From IMG/VR virus record IMGVR_UViG_3300033067_000919, positions 1 through 28,928 of that record: a stretch of DNA of 28,928 nt; one strand, 5' to 3'. The position numbers were made by a program, and so were the translations under genes. Each line of letters starts with the position of its first letter. Position 1 is the stretch's first letter. Positions 1 through 9,314 of the stretch are shown one piece after another. The DNA comes from a virus (taxonomy: Duplodnaviria > Caudoviricetes). Below the pieces are notes generated by a model. It searched no databases. It was not told where the DNA came from and saw only the letters and a list, made by a program, of their open reading frames with translations.

Positions 1-1152
1 AATATCGGCAATGCGATCGGTGAGGGCGGTCTGGCGGGCCTGAATGCGTATAGCTCGGCGCAGGCGGCGGCGCGGAAGGCGGCAGAGGATGCCCGGAAGG
101 CGGCTATTGAGGAACGGCGTCTTGGGTTTGAGGAACGGCGTCTCGGAAATGAGGATAAGCGGCTGGCCCGTGATCTTCGCAACGACGACCTCACCCACAA
201 AAAACTTGCCTATGAGCTTGGAACCACGAAGTTCATTGCCAATCCTGACGGTAGCGTGACGCTGCGACCGGGTATGGCTGAGGCTGAAAAGGCGCTCGCA
301 GAAGCCAAAGCCCGCGAATCCGGCATCAAGATCGTCCCGGCCGGTGGTGTAGCTATTGGCGGCGATGGCAAGGTTGTGCATGACAATCGTGCCAGCGCGA
401 ACAGCACAATGGATGAAGAGACTGTGAACATGCTGGCGGATCGTATCAGAGCCGGCGACACCACTGCGCTTGTGGGACTTGGGCGCGGTGCGCAGGGAGC
501 GGAGAACATCGCCAAAATCCAAGGCGCTGTCGCACGGCGTACCCGTGAGGGCACTCCGATCAACGAAGAAGCCCGCGCGATGCTGGCAAACCGCGTCAAT
601 CATGAAGGGTTCAAGGCTGCGGAACGGCGTCAGGCAACCATCATGGCTAACCTGTCGGTCTATGGCCGCACGGCATTCGCTGCCACGCAGTTGGCGATCG
701 ATGCATCGGATGCAGTGCCGCGCACTGAGTTCATGCCAGTCAACAAGGTGTTCAATGCCGCCCGAACCAATACGGGCGATCCGAAAATTGTCGCCCTTGG
801 GCAGGCCCTTACCACTCTCACGAACGAGTATGCACGGGCCATCGGGGGCGGTCACGGGACGGTTCATGACAAGCAGATGGCTGAGGAACGGCTGAACGCT
901 GCTCAGTCGCCAGAACAACTCCGCGCGGTCATCAACATGATGCGTGCTGAAATCCTTGCTGAGGAAAAGGCCCTCCCTGAGGCCCGGAAACACATCAAGG
1001 AGATGTACAATCCTGGTTCGAAGAAAGAGGAAATGTCGGTTGGCGATAGGTTTGCTCCCAAGCCTTCTGTGGCAGCCCCGAAAAAAGGCGACCGCAAGCA
1101 GTTCAAGCAGGGTTGGGGCGTTTGGGACGGCAGCAAGTGGGTGCCTGAATAA
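1..1152 (+). CDS. Probable internal virion / DNA-ejection protein, 5'-truncated
   Basis: Frame 1 is open from base 1 (NIGNAIGEGGLAGLNAY...) to TAA at 1150-1152. It is Ala/Gly-rich and helical, ends in GWGVWDGSKW, and is coupled to the next gene by TAATG. Function is inferred from position and composition. Confidence 0.65.
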   Translation, partial: NIGNAIGEGGLAGLNAYSSAQAAARKAAEDARKAAIEERRLGFEERRLGNEDKRLARDLRNDDLTHKKLAYELGTTKFIANPDGSVTLRPGMAEAEKALAEAKARESGIKIVPAGGVAIGGDGKVVHDNRASANSTMDEETVNMLADRIRAGDTTALVGLGRGAQGAENIAKIQGAVARRTREGTPINEEARAMLANRVNHEGFKAAERRQATIMANLSVYGRTAFAATQLAIDASDAVPRTEFMPVNKVFNAARTNTGDPKIVALGQALTTLTNEYARAIGGGHGTVHDKQMAEERLNAAQSPEQLRAVINMMRAEILAEEKALPEARKHIKEMYNPGSKKEEMSVGDRFAPKPSVAAPKKGDRKQFKQGWGVWDGSKWVPE

Positions 1153-4100
1153 TGGCCGAAGAACTTCCAGACGCGCCGTGGGCGACGAATAACGCTGGCA
1201 ACGACGATCTGCCCGACGCTCCGTGGGTGACTGCGCAGAAACCGTCTGCTGGTGGCCTTTCCAATTCGTCGGACGACGGGTTTCTATCGTCTGCGGCCAA
1301 GGGCGCGGCGACGGCTGGCATTAAGGGCATAGCCAATTCGATCGGAACGGTCGGCAATCTAGGGAATTTTGCCGATTATCTGATTGGCCGCGCGCATAGC
1401 GCCATCACGGGCCGTCCGTTTGAGGAAGTCGCAGCCGATCTGGCTGCGCGCAAGGCCGCGTCTGCGCGTGTGACGGACCCGTCTCGTGTCCTGCCGACGG
1501 GTGAGGAAGTAGCCAAGCCAATCCTTGAACGCACTGGCGAATACAAGCCGGAATCGTTGGCTGGGCGTCTTGGAATGGCTGGCGTCGAAGCCGCTGCGGG
1601 AATGATTGGCCCCGGCGGCGGTGCTGTCACCAAGGGAACGTCTGCCGGGCAGGCGCTTATCTCCACACCGACGAAACTTGCTCCGGTCAATGCGTTGGCT
1701 GGTGCTACCGGGCAGGGCGTTACGGAAGCGACTGGGGACCCGCTAATCGGCATGGCAGCCGGCATTGGTGCTCCTGCGGCGGCTAGCGCCGCGCGCCGCG
1801 CCGTGCAGCCCACGGTGGATAAGATGATCGCACCGTTCGCTGAGGATTTGCCGATCGTCGGCAACCGATACGCAGGCACGCGAGAAAATCTCGTGCGGCA
1901 GCAAATCGAGCAATCGGCGAACGATCTCGGCGAATTGCAGCGGCAGTTGATGGTGGATGAGCCCGGCCCACTTAATCAGGAACTTGTGCCGGGGTCGCAG
2001 CCGACAACGGGGCAACTGACGGGTGACAAGGGTGTTCTGTCAGCCGAGCGCGAAAAACTGTTCGACGCAAAAGACCAGCGGTTCCTTGATCGCATGGAAG
2101 CGCAGGAAGGCGCGCGGCGTGCGGCGCTGGAAGGTCAAGGGCCGGGTGGAGACGTGGATCGTCCGTCGGCGTTTTTCCAAAACCAGTTGGAAACCATCCA
2201 GCGGGGAGCCGATGAGGCGGTGGCGCGGATTACGGCTGGTGCCGAACAACTGGCGCAGCGGATCGGGCATGGCGAAAGCCCGGAGAATTTGGGGGCGACG
2301 CTGCGGGCCAGCCTTGAACGGGTGAAGCGTTCCGAAAACGAGGCGCGGCGCAAGCTGTATGACGCGGTGGACCCTGATGGGTCACTGAATCTTGTCTCCG
2401 TGCCAGTGCGGGACGCCGCGGCCAAGATTAAGGGCGGTGTTGATCCGTACGGAACGCCGCTGTCTCAGGTGGAGAATGACATTCTGGCGCGTATGGCGTC
2501 GCTTCCCGATGTCGCGCCGTACAAGTCATTGCAAGCCCTTGATACGTACATCACGGGCGAAATGAAGCGCGAGCGGATGTCGGCGGGTGAATCCATCGCG
2601 TGGGGCCGTCTGAAATTGATGAAGGACGCCACCATGTCGGCCATCAACGACGCGGTGGACAACCAGATTGCATATGAGCGGGCGGCGGTGTCGGCGGGGA
2701 AACTCGCGCCGGAAAACACCACGTCGGCGCGGTTGGAGGCGTTGCATGACGAATACCTCGGAACACTTGGACGGCCGCGAGAAGCTGGCGACGCTGCTGG
2801 AGAAAATGCAGCCGCATCTGCGTCCGGGGTTCCTGACGTTCGCGGAGAAGCGGGCGCGAGAGCAGGCCGATCTGGGCGTCCTGCGGGTGCTGCGGCAGTA
2901 CCGGGACGAGTCACGGCAGATACGCTCCCACTGAACGCACGGCGGGACATTGCGGACGTTCGCAAGCAGTATGGCGATGCGGCGGCAACCCGCCTTGAGG
3001 CTCAACTGGTCGAGCAGGCGCGGAATGCGCCGCAATCGGTCTATTATCCAGGCGGGGAATTGAAGGTCCGTTATGAGGTCGTGGACCTTCCTTCGCTGAA
3101 AACGTCGCACGATACGCAATTCAATCTGCGGAAGGACTATCCGCAGGAATTGCAGCCGCGGGCACGGGAGAGTGCACCTGCGCGTGACCAAGTGAACAAT
3201 ATGGCTGCCCGGTTGCAGCCTGAGCGGCTTGGGCCGTCGCCGGAAGCCAATTCGGGGGCGCCGATCGTCGGCCCGGACGGCATTGTGGAGAGCGGCAACG
3301 GCCGCACGCTGGCAATCGCCAAGGCATACCAGAAGGGCAACACCGCCTATCGCGACTGGCTGGAACGCCAAGGCTATGACACGGCTGGCATGTCGCAGCC
3401 GGTTCTGATCGCGCGGCGCGTGTCCGACATGACGCCGGCACAGCGGGAGTTCTTCACCAATTCGGCAAATGCGTCGTCCACCCTGCGAATGTCGGCGGCG
3501 GAGCAAGCGGCCGGCGACGCCAAGGTGCTGCGTCCCGATATGCTGGCCCAGATTGTTGAGGGGCCAATCCGATCGGTGGAAAATCGTCCGTTCGTTCGTT
3601 CGTTCGTGGAAAAGCTGCCGGCGGCGGAACGCGGTGGCATTCTCGATAAGGACGGCAACCTGTCTCAGGCGGGTGTGAAACGGGTTGAGGCAGCACTTGC
3701 TGCGCGGGCATTCGACGACGCGGCGTTCGTGGCTCGCGCGTTCGATAGTGCGGATTCGAATATCCGGGGTTTGGCCGGTGCCCTGACCGATGCTGCTGGC
3801 CCGTGGGCGCGGATGCGTGAGGCGGCGCGGGACGGGACGATTGATGCATCCCATGACATCACGTCGGAATTGATGAACGTCGTCCACAAGGTCATGAGGG
3901 CGCGCGATGAGGGGCGTCCGGTTGGCGAGGTTCTGCGCCAGAACGATATGTTCGGCTCTGATGTTGCTCCTCTTGTTGAGAGTCTGCTTTTCCGTGATCC
4001 GGAAAAGGGACTATTGGCGGGACGCCAGAAGATCGCGCAGGCGTTGAAGCTGTATGCCGGAGAGGCGGAAAAGAACCTGGCGGGGCCGCGCCTGTTTGAT

Positions 4101-6257
4101 GACGGGGTGCGGCCGCGGGATGTTCTCAAGGCTGCACTGGAAAAGGCCCAGCGGGAAATTGTTGAGGACGCGACGTTTGAGACTGGTGCCGGTGAGCGGG
4201 TCATGTCTGGCCGTCAGCCGAATTTCACGGATGCGGCGCGTGATCGGCTGCGGGCGGCGAAGGATAGCCATATCCGATACACAGAGACGTTCAAAAACAG
4301 GCCGGTTGGACCAGTTCTGAAAGGTCCGTTCAAGGGGCGGTATGACCTGCCGGATAGCGCGGTTCCATCCAAGGCGGTGGTCGCTGGTCCGAAGGGTTAC
4401 GAGACGGCGCGGGCGTTCATCAAGGCCGCAGGCAATGACCCGGTGGCAATCGGCACGATGCTGGATCAGGCATTGGCGCCACTGCGCAAGCCGGGCGCGT
4501 TGCTGCCGAGCGGGGCATTGAAGCCGGCCGCACTGGAAAAATGGAAATCGGATTTTGCGCCCGCGCTGCGGGCATTGGATGAGGTCAATCCGGGGTTCTC
4601 CCGGCAATTCGACAATGCCGCGCGGGCGACTGAGTTGATGGTGGAAGCCGGGGCGATGGCTTTGGCCCAGCGGAAGGCTTTACAACAGAGTGAGGCGGCT
4701 AAGTTCCTGAAATCGGACAAGCCGCAAGATGCTCTGTGGAGTATCTTTACGGCCAAGGATGGCCCGCGTCGGATGCGCGAATTGCTCCGTGGTGCTGATC
4801 CGGACGTGGTGGATGGTCTGCGGCAGATTGGCGTCGATGCCATGTTGCGGAAACTGTCGGCCACGGCTGAATCCGGCACGTCTCAGCAGAAGAAACTGGC
4901 ATCGGCCACGTTCCAGAAATTCATCCGCGACAACGGGCAGACGCTATCAGCCATGTATGAGCCGCGGACGATGAACATGCTGCGGTCAATCGCGACTGAT
5001 TTGGAGCGGACGTCGCGGACCATGGGCGCGACCAGCATTCCGGGGCAGTCGAATACGGCGCGGGACCTTCCAGCCAAGCTGCAAAAACTGGTGGATGCGT
5101 CGAAAGACAAGACGTTGCTTGGCGCGATGGCTGCCGGTGCTGCGGCGGGCTATCTGCACACGGGCAGCGGTCTGGTTGCTGCATTATCCGGAGTGTTTGG
5201 CGGCGCTGCAAAGCATGTGTTTGCTGCATTGCGCGCTCGCGGCATGGACAAGGTTGACGAGATGTTCAAAGACGCCCTGCTTAATCCTGAGCGGGCGCGA
5301 TACTACCTGCAAAAGGCTCCGTTGAAATCCGGCGGTCCCGGTCCATTGGACGCCATCGCGCGGTCGGTGCGCCGTGAATTGATGGTTATGCCTGCGATTG
5401 ATGATCGCGAGGGGCGGCCGGTTATGGCAAAGCGGCGGGCGTCTGGGGGCGCGGTCGTTTCCGATGACCCTTTTGAACGTGCGGCGGCGCGTACTCGGCG
5501 GGCTGTGGTGAATGAAACCCGCGCCGATGAGGCCATGGGCCATAAGATTGTGGGGCATCTGGCGCAGTCATTACTGGATGCCGTTATGGCCCCCGGCGAC
5601 GCGATGAAAGGAAAGTTCAGCACTACCCCAGCCGTGCCGGGCCAATGGTCGGATGAGGACGAGGCGCGTGCGCTGATAAACCAGCGCAACATGGACAATC
5701 GCGCATTTGATTTGGCCGGACTGGTCATGTCTGGCGGTGTCGGGGGCACGGGCGGGGGTGCTGGTGCGGTGGTCGGTTCGGGCCCGGTGCGGCATGGCGC
5801 GATGCCGATTGACGATCTTCCTCGCGTGGCGAGACTACCAAAACAACGCTATGGATCAATCGCACCGGTCAAGTCGGTTGATGAGATTTATAATGCTATA
5901 CGGGACGGGCTAAATTCACACGAAGTCGTTGGGTTGAGGTCTACGGGTGTCCCGCTTGTACCTGGAAAAATAAGAAATTCACGAGAATGGTATGATGGGA
6001 AGCCCACTCGCAATTGGTTAGATGCGGTTTCAACGACTGGTATAAAATCCGAACGTGATATTGAGCGCGCCCTGCGAGCGCATCAGATATTGCCCCAGGA
6101 TTGGTCTTTCAGTTCTCCCGGGACATATCCCGGGAAACATATCAGTGTGTTGGGCAGCAACACGGCGCGGCCTGGCACTGATATGTATGAAATGCTATTG
6201 ACCGATCCGACATTAATAGGCCGATGGTTAAAGCCAACGACTGTTTTCAATCCTTAG
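1152..6257 (+). CDS. Large polyvalent virion-ejected protein (1701 aa) with ddrB-like ParB domain and variable C-terminal domain
   Basis: Long ORF. The segment VRYEVVDLPSLKTSH...YPQELQPRAR...LQPERLG.SPEANSGAPIVGPDGIVESGNGRTLAI (about 3050-3420) matches the ddrB-like ParB family pattern. It lies just before the lysis genes. Confidence 0.8.
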   Translation: MAEELPDAPWATNNAGNDDLPDAPWVTAQKPSAGGLSNSSDDGFLSSAAKGAATAGIKGIANSIGTVGNLGNFADYLIGRAHSAITGRPFEEVAADLAARKAASARVTDPSRVLPTGEEVAKPILERTGEYKPESLAGRLGMAGVEAAAGMIGPGGGAVTKGTSAGQALISTPTKLAPVNALAGATGQGVTEATGDPLIGMAAGIGAPAAASAARRAVQPTVDKMIAPFAEDLPIVGNRYAGTRENLVRQQIEQSANDLGELQRQLMVDEPGPLNQELVPGSQPTTGQLTGDKGVLSAEREKLFDAKDQRFLDRMEAQEGARRAALEGQGPGGDVDRPSAFFQNQLETIQRGADEAVARITAGAEQLAQRIGHGESPENLGATLRASLERVKRSENEARRKLYDAVDPDGSLNLVSVPVRDAAAKIKGGVDPYGTPLSQVENDILARMASLPDVAPYKSLQALDTYITGEMKRERMSAGESIAWGRLKLMKDATMSAINDAVDNQIAYERAAVSAGKLAPENTTSARLEALHDEYLGTLGRPREAGDAAGENAAASASGVPDVRGEAGARAGRSGRPAGAAAVPGRVTADTLPLNARRDIADVRKQYGDAAATRLEAQLVEQARNAPQSVYYPGGELKVRYEVVDLPSLKTSHDTQFNLRKDYPQELQPRARESAPARDQVNNMAARLQPERLGPSPEANSGAPIVGPDGIVESGNGRTLAIAKAYQKGNTAYRDWLERQGYDTAGMSQPVLIARRVSDMTPAQREFFTNSANASSTLRMSAAEQAAGDAKVLRPDMLAQIVEGPIRSVENRPFVRSFVEKLPAAERGGILDKDGNLSQAGVKRVEAALAARAFDDAAFVARAFDSADSNIRGLAGALTDAAGPWARMREAARDGTIDASHDITSELMNVVHKVMRARDEGRPVGEVLRQNDMFGSDVAPLVESLLFRDPEKGLLAGRQKIAQALKLYAGEAEKNLAGPRLFDDGVRPRDVLKAALEKAQREIVEDATFETGAGERVMSGRQPNFTDAARDRLRAAKDSHIRYTETFKNRPVGPVLKGPFKGRYDLPDSAVPSKAVVAGPKGYETARAFIKAAGNDPVAIGTMLDQALAPLRKPGALLPSGALKPAALEKWKSDFAPALRALDEVNPGFSRQFDNAARATELMVEAGAMALAQRKALQQSEAAKFLKSDKPQDALWSIFTAKDGPRRMRELLRGADPDVVDGLRQIGVDAMLRKLSATAESGTSQQKKLASATFQKFIRDNGQTLSAMYEPRTMNMLRSIATDLERTSRTMGATSIPGQSNTARDLPAKLQKLVDASKDKTLLGAMAAGAAAGYLHTGSGLVAALSGVFGGAAKHVFAALRARGMDKVDEMFKDALLNPERARYYLQKAPLKSGGPGPLDAIARSVRRELMVMPAIDDREGRPVMAKRRASGGAVVSDDPFERAAARTRRAVVNETRADEAMGHKIVGHLAQSLLDAVMAPGDAMKGKFSTTPAVPGQWSDEDEARALINQRNMDNRAFDLAGLVMSGGVGGTGGGAGAVVGSGPVRHGAMPIDDLPRVARLPKQRYGSIAPVKSVDEIYNAIRDGLNSHEVVGLRSTGVPLVPGKIRNSREWYDGKPTRNWLDAVSTTGIKSERDIERALRAHQILPQDWSFSSPGTYPGKHISVLGSNTARPGTDMYEMLLTDPTLIGRWLKPTTVFNP

Positions 6258-6428
6258 AAAATCAGCAGGCCACTGGCTGCTTTTGATCCTGCAAATAAGC
6301 AAAAGGGCATGTTGCTGGGGTCGGGTTCTACGGACGCCAGAACTGCGGGCATAGTGCAGGGAATGGTTAACGACAATGAAGATGAAAATGCGCCATTGCG
6401 ACGCATTCTTCAGCGGTATGGATTGGCG

Positions 6429-6635
6429 TCATCTCCATGGGAGATTTGGTGCGCCCGGTATCAGCGGCAACAGCGTGAAAATGACGATCAATGCGAGGAT
6501 GAGGATCAGGATCACATGGGCGATCTGGCCGATCGGGGCGGGTAGAGGAATAAGCCCGATGATGGCGGTGACGGCCCAATAGATGACGCCGACGATGAGC
6601 AACGTAATCAACACAGTGATGAGTGCGCTAATCAT
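6429..6635 (-). CDS. Small two-TM membrane protein (Thivi_2564-like)
   Basis: 68 aa with two hydrophobic helices separated by IPLPAP; GGAGG lies 8 nt upstream of the ATG. Confidence 0.75.
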   Translation of the reverse strand: MISALITVLITLLIVGVIYWAVTAIIGLIPLPAPIGQIAHVILILILALIVIFTLLPLIPGAPNLPWR

Positions 6636-6694
6636 GGTATCGTCCTCCGGCTAGGGGACATAATTCGGGGGCGGAACCAAAGTTCCGATGGGGC

Positions 6695-7624
6695 ATGAGA
6701 GAGAACTTCGCGAGGGCCATGGCGATTGAGCTTCGCTATGAGGGCGGGAAAGTCGATGATCCTCGGGACCCAGGGGGCCGTACCAATCAGGGCGTTATTC
6801 AGCGGGTCTACTCGGCATGGCGTGCCCAGAAGGGACTGCCAATCCGCGACGTTTACCTGATGGAGCCTGCCGAGCGGGACGAAATTTACCGGCGCAATTA
6901 TGCCGACAAAATCCGGTTTTCTGATCTACCTACGGGGATTGATCTTGTTGTCCTAGATGGAGCCATCAATTCCGGTCCTGCTCAGTCTGTGAAATGGGTG
7001 CAGCGCGCCCTTGGTCTGACGGCAGATGGCATCATGGGGGACGTGACGGTCAATGCGATCGTCAATCAGCCGGATCAGCACAAGCTGATCGACGATATCT
7101 GTGACCGTCGGATGCTTTTCCTGCGCAATCTCAAGCCTTGGCCGATATATAAGAATGGATGGACGAACCGCGTTAATGGCATCCGGGCGACTGCTAAGGC
7201 ATGGGTAAGCCATCAGGAAAGCCCGCTCATTTCGGGCGCACATGGTGCAGAGAAAAAAGCCAATCTTTCTAGTGCTGTCGCGGCTCCGACGCGCGCTGTG
7301 GGTGACGCGACGGGCGGCAGCGGTGGCACGTTGACGGTGGTGAGCCAAGGCATCGATCAGGCCAAGGATGCTTTGTTGCCGGCGTCCGATCTCAGCTTTG
7401 TTAGCAAAATTCTGGTCGGATTGACGATCGCAGGTATTCTGCTTGCGGTCCTGGGCTTCGGCTATTCGTGGTGGGCGCGGCGCCGTAAGGCGGAACTGGA
7501 AGACGCTCTTGATCTCACGCCGCAGGATGCGCCGTACAACAACGCCAATACGCCAGATGAGATTTTGGACATGTCGATGGCTCCGAGTGGATACCGCGGC
7601 GTGTCCGCCATTAAATCGATCTGA
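6695..7624 (+). CDS. Endolysin, glycoside hydrolase family 108 with peptidoglycan-binding region and C-terminal TM extension
   Basis: EGGKVDDPRDPGGRTNQGV, D.AINSGP, VQRALG..ADGIMG..T and GWTNRV motifs; hydrophobic helix ILVGLTIAGILLAVLGFGYSWW near the C-terminus. Confidence 0.9.
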   Translation: MRENFARAMAIELRYEGGKVDDPRDPGGRTNQGVIQRVYSAWRAQKGLPIRDVYLMEPAERDEIYRRNYADKIRFSDLPTGIDLVVLDGAINSGPAQSVKWVQRALGLTADGIMGDVTVNAIVNQPDQHKLIDDICDRRMLFLRNLKPWPIYKNGWTNRVNGIRATAKAWVSHQESPLISGAHGAEKKANLSSAVAAPTRAVGDATGGSGGTLTVVSQGIDQAKDALLPASDLSFVSKILVGLTIAGILLAVLGFGYSWWARRRKAELEDALDLTPQDAPYNNANTPDEILDMSMAPSGYRGVSAIKSI

Positions 7625-7635
7625 GGGGCGCGATA

Positions 7636-7887
7636 ATGTGGGCAGCTATTAAACTTCTGCCGATTGGGGCGCAGGTGGCGATTGGTATCGCAGCATTGGC
7701 CGCCATCGGCACGATTTACGGAACCTGGCACTACAAGGTTTATTCGTCTGGTTGGAATAACGCGGTGGCGGCCATCGCCAAGCGCGACGCTGCGGCGACG
7801 GCCGCAGTCAAGGCGCAGGTTTCTCGGGTAGGCGATTGTTTCGCCAACGGCGGGACATGGAATACAGTGGAGGGGCGCTGTGATTAA
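7636..7887 (+). CDS. Probable i-spanin (Rz-like)
   Basis: N-terminal TM segment, Ala-rich helix and two C-terminal Cys; follows the endolysin and overlaps a lipoprotein gene. Confidence 0.6.
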   Translation: MWAAIKLLPIGAQVAIGIAALAAIGTIYGTWHYKVYSSGWNNAVAAIAKRDAAATAAVKAQVSRVGDCFANGGTWNTVEGRCD

Positions 7888-8188
7888 ATCGGTTCTGGCG
7901 GTCGCTGGTGCGTTATTTCTGGCCGGGTGCGCCAGTGGCGAGCGTTTCGCCACGATCACGGACGGGGCTTGCAAGGCGTTTGAAGCGCCAGAGCATGAAA
8001 TCCGGGGACGGACGCGCCACGATGATGCTTGGATCGCCAAGCAGACAGAGGCGGGGGTAACAGGGTGCGGGTGGGAACGGCCTAAGCCGCGCCCTCTCGA
8101 ATGGGACCGGGCGGCCGTCGCGGCTAAGCCCGTCGAGCCTCCAAAGAAAAAGCCATCGATCTGGAGCAGATTACGTCAAAAGTCGTGA
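7880..8188 (+). CDS. Probable o-spanin lipoprotein (Rz1-like)
   Basis: GTG start, signal peptide with lipobox LAGC, additional Cys and a Pro-rich tail; overlaps the preceding gene. Confidence 0.65.
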   Translation: MIKSVLAVAGALFLAGCASGERFATITDGACKAFEAPEHEIRGRTRHDDAWIAKQTEAGVTGCGWERPKPRPLEWDRAAVAAKPVEPPKKKPSIWSRLRQKS

Positions 8189-8284
8189 TGGAAAAGTCAT
8201 GGCGCGCATATGTGGATTTATGAGCATGAAATTCCAGTGTGCTATCCTAGACTTGCTGCGGGGATTGTCTGGGGGAACTTGCTC

Positions 8285-8701
8285 ATGCTGGATGACGTTG
8301 ACCGGCAACTTGTCGGATGGAGCAAGAGGTCTAAAATGCTCTTAACAATCGCAGGTGGAATTACGGCGGCTATGACTTTCGTTGCCGCCTACGCGGATCT
8401 AGCACCAGCTACGCGCGGTTGGACAAAGCAACTCGTGGCAGAGACGGTTTCCGAGAAAATCCGGGCGGTTGAGGCTCGGCTGGAACGTTCGGAGACACGC
8501 GGAACGGCGACGCAATTTCAGGTCAACTCGATCCGGCGAGATTCTTTGGAGCGAGAAAGGTTCGATCTGACGCTAAAATTGAAGACTGAAAAAGAGCCGT
8601 CAACCCAGCAACTAATCGAACAACGTCTCCGCCAGATTAATGATGATCTGGCGGACGTTGTGAATGAGAGAAACCGGATACGGTTCCCGGTCGCCAATTA
8701 A
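8285..8701 (+). CDS. Membrane-anchored coiled-coil protein of the lysis cassette (holin-like candidate)
   Basis: One hydrophobic segment (LLTIAGGITAAMTFVAAY) followed by a coiled coil. ATG 8285 with a G-rich RBS is preferred over 8210. Confidence 0.5.
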   Translation: MLDDVDRQLVGWSKRSKMLLTIAGGITAAMTFVAAYADLAPATRGWTKQLVAETVSEKIRAVEARLERSETRGTATQFQVNSIRRDSLERERFDLTLKLKTEKEPSTQQLIEQRLRQINDDLADVVNERNRIRFPVAN

Positions 8702-9084
8702 CTCAATTCATTCCGCGGTGGCGTGGTGCCGATGAACCGTTGCAGGGATGCGCGCTCGTCCTCAGTTGATCCATCGCTGCCGGATTGCGCCTGAGCCTCG
8801 CGGGTGACTTCAAGCGCCTTCGCCAAGGCGCGATCCACAGTCCCGGTGATGCTGGTCTTGATGGCCTGAATCTGTTCATTCATGGCGATGGAATGCGCCA
8901 ACCACAGGTTCGCCCGCGATTTCCAGTAATCGTGCTCCTTGGCGAGAACCGAATTCATGTTGCTGAGCTGATTGACCTGATCGCGGAGGGATTTGTTTTC
9001 ATCCTGACACAGCATCAGGTCCCGTTGTAGCTGGTCATGGTCCTCAAGGAATTTCTGTGCGGACGACATCTCGTTCCGGTTCAT
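8698..9084 (-). CDS. Hypothetical coiled-coil protein
   Basis: 128-aa ORF, ATGA-coupled to the upstream gene; last gene of the leftward operon. Confidence 0.7.
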   Translation of the reverse strand: MNRNEMSSAQKFLEDHDQLQRDLMLCQDENKSLRDQVNQLSNMNSVLAKEHDYWKSRANLWLAHSIAMNEQIQAIKTSITGTVDRALAKALEVTREAQAQSGSDGSTEDERASLQRFIGTTPPRNELS

Positions 9085-9314
9085 GGTCGCTCTCCTCTCA
9101 TGATTTTACGTTGTCGGATTTTCTTCGCATCGGCCATGCTCGCGCGGAGCAGTGACAATTCGATTTGAGCCGCGCGCGGGGTGTAGCCGTAATGACTTAG
9201 GCTGACGAGGTAGACGGTTTCGCTGATCTTCCCAGCGGCGAATTCTTCGTCTCTGCGTAATTTTCGGTCGGCAAGATCGCGCCAGAAATCCGGATCGCGG
9301 CGGTCATAGGTCAT
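9081..9314 (-). CDS. Hypothetical protein (paralog of 9311-9517)
   Basis: 77 aa with ATGA overlaps at both ends. Confidence 0.7.
   Translation of the reverse strand: MTYDRRDPDFWRDLADRKLRRDEEFAAGKISETVYLVSLSHYGYTPRAAQIELSLLRASMADAKKIRQRKIMRGERP

Noticed and set aside
2526-3887. 453-aa antisense ORF and similar long shadow ORFs (e.g. 14522-15703, 14433-15281)
   Set aside because: These are typical shadows of GC-rich coding strands, with no motifs or RBS. The nested MTase frame differs because it carries a missing functional motif.
6255-6257. Genome-wide TAG recoding (alternative genetic code)
   Set aside because: TAG ends several genes at their expected C-termini (C5-MTase 11047, ruvC 19151, N4/N6-MTase 19156) and no other gene is fragmented by TAG.
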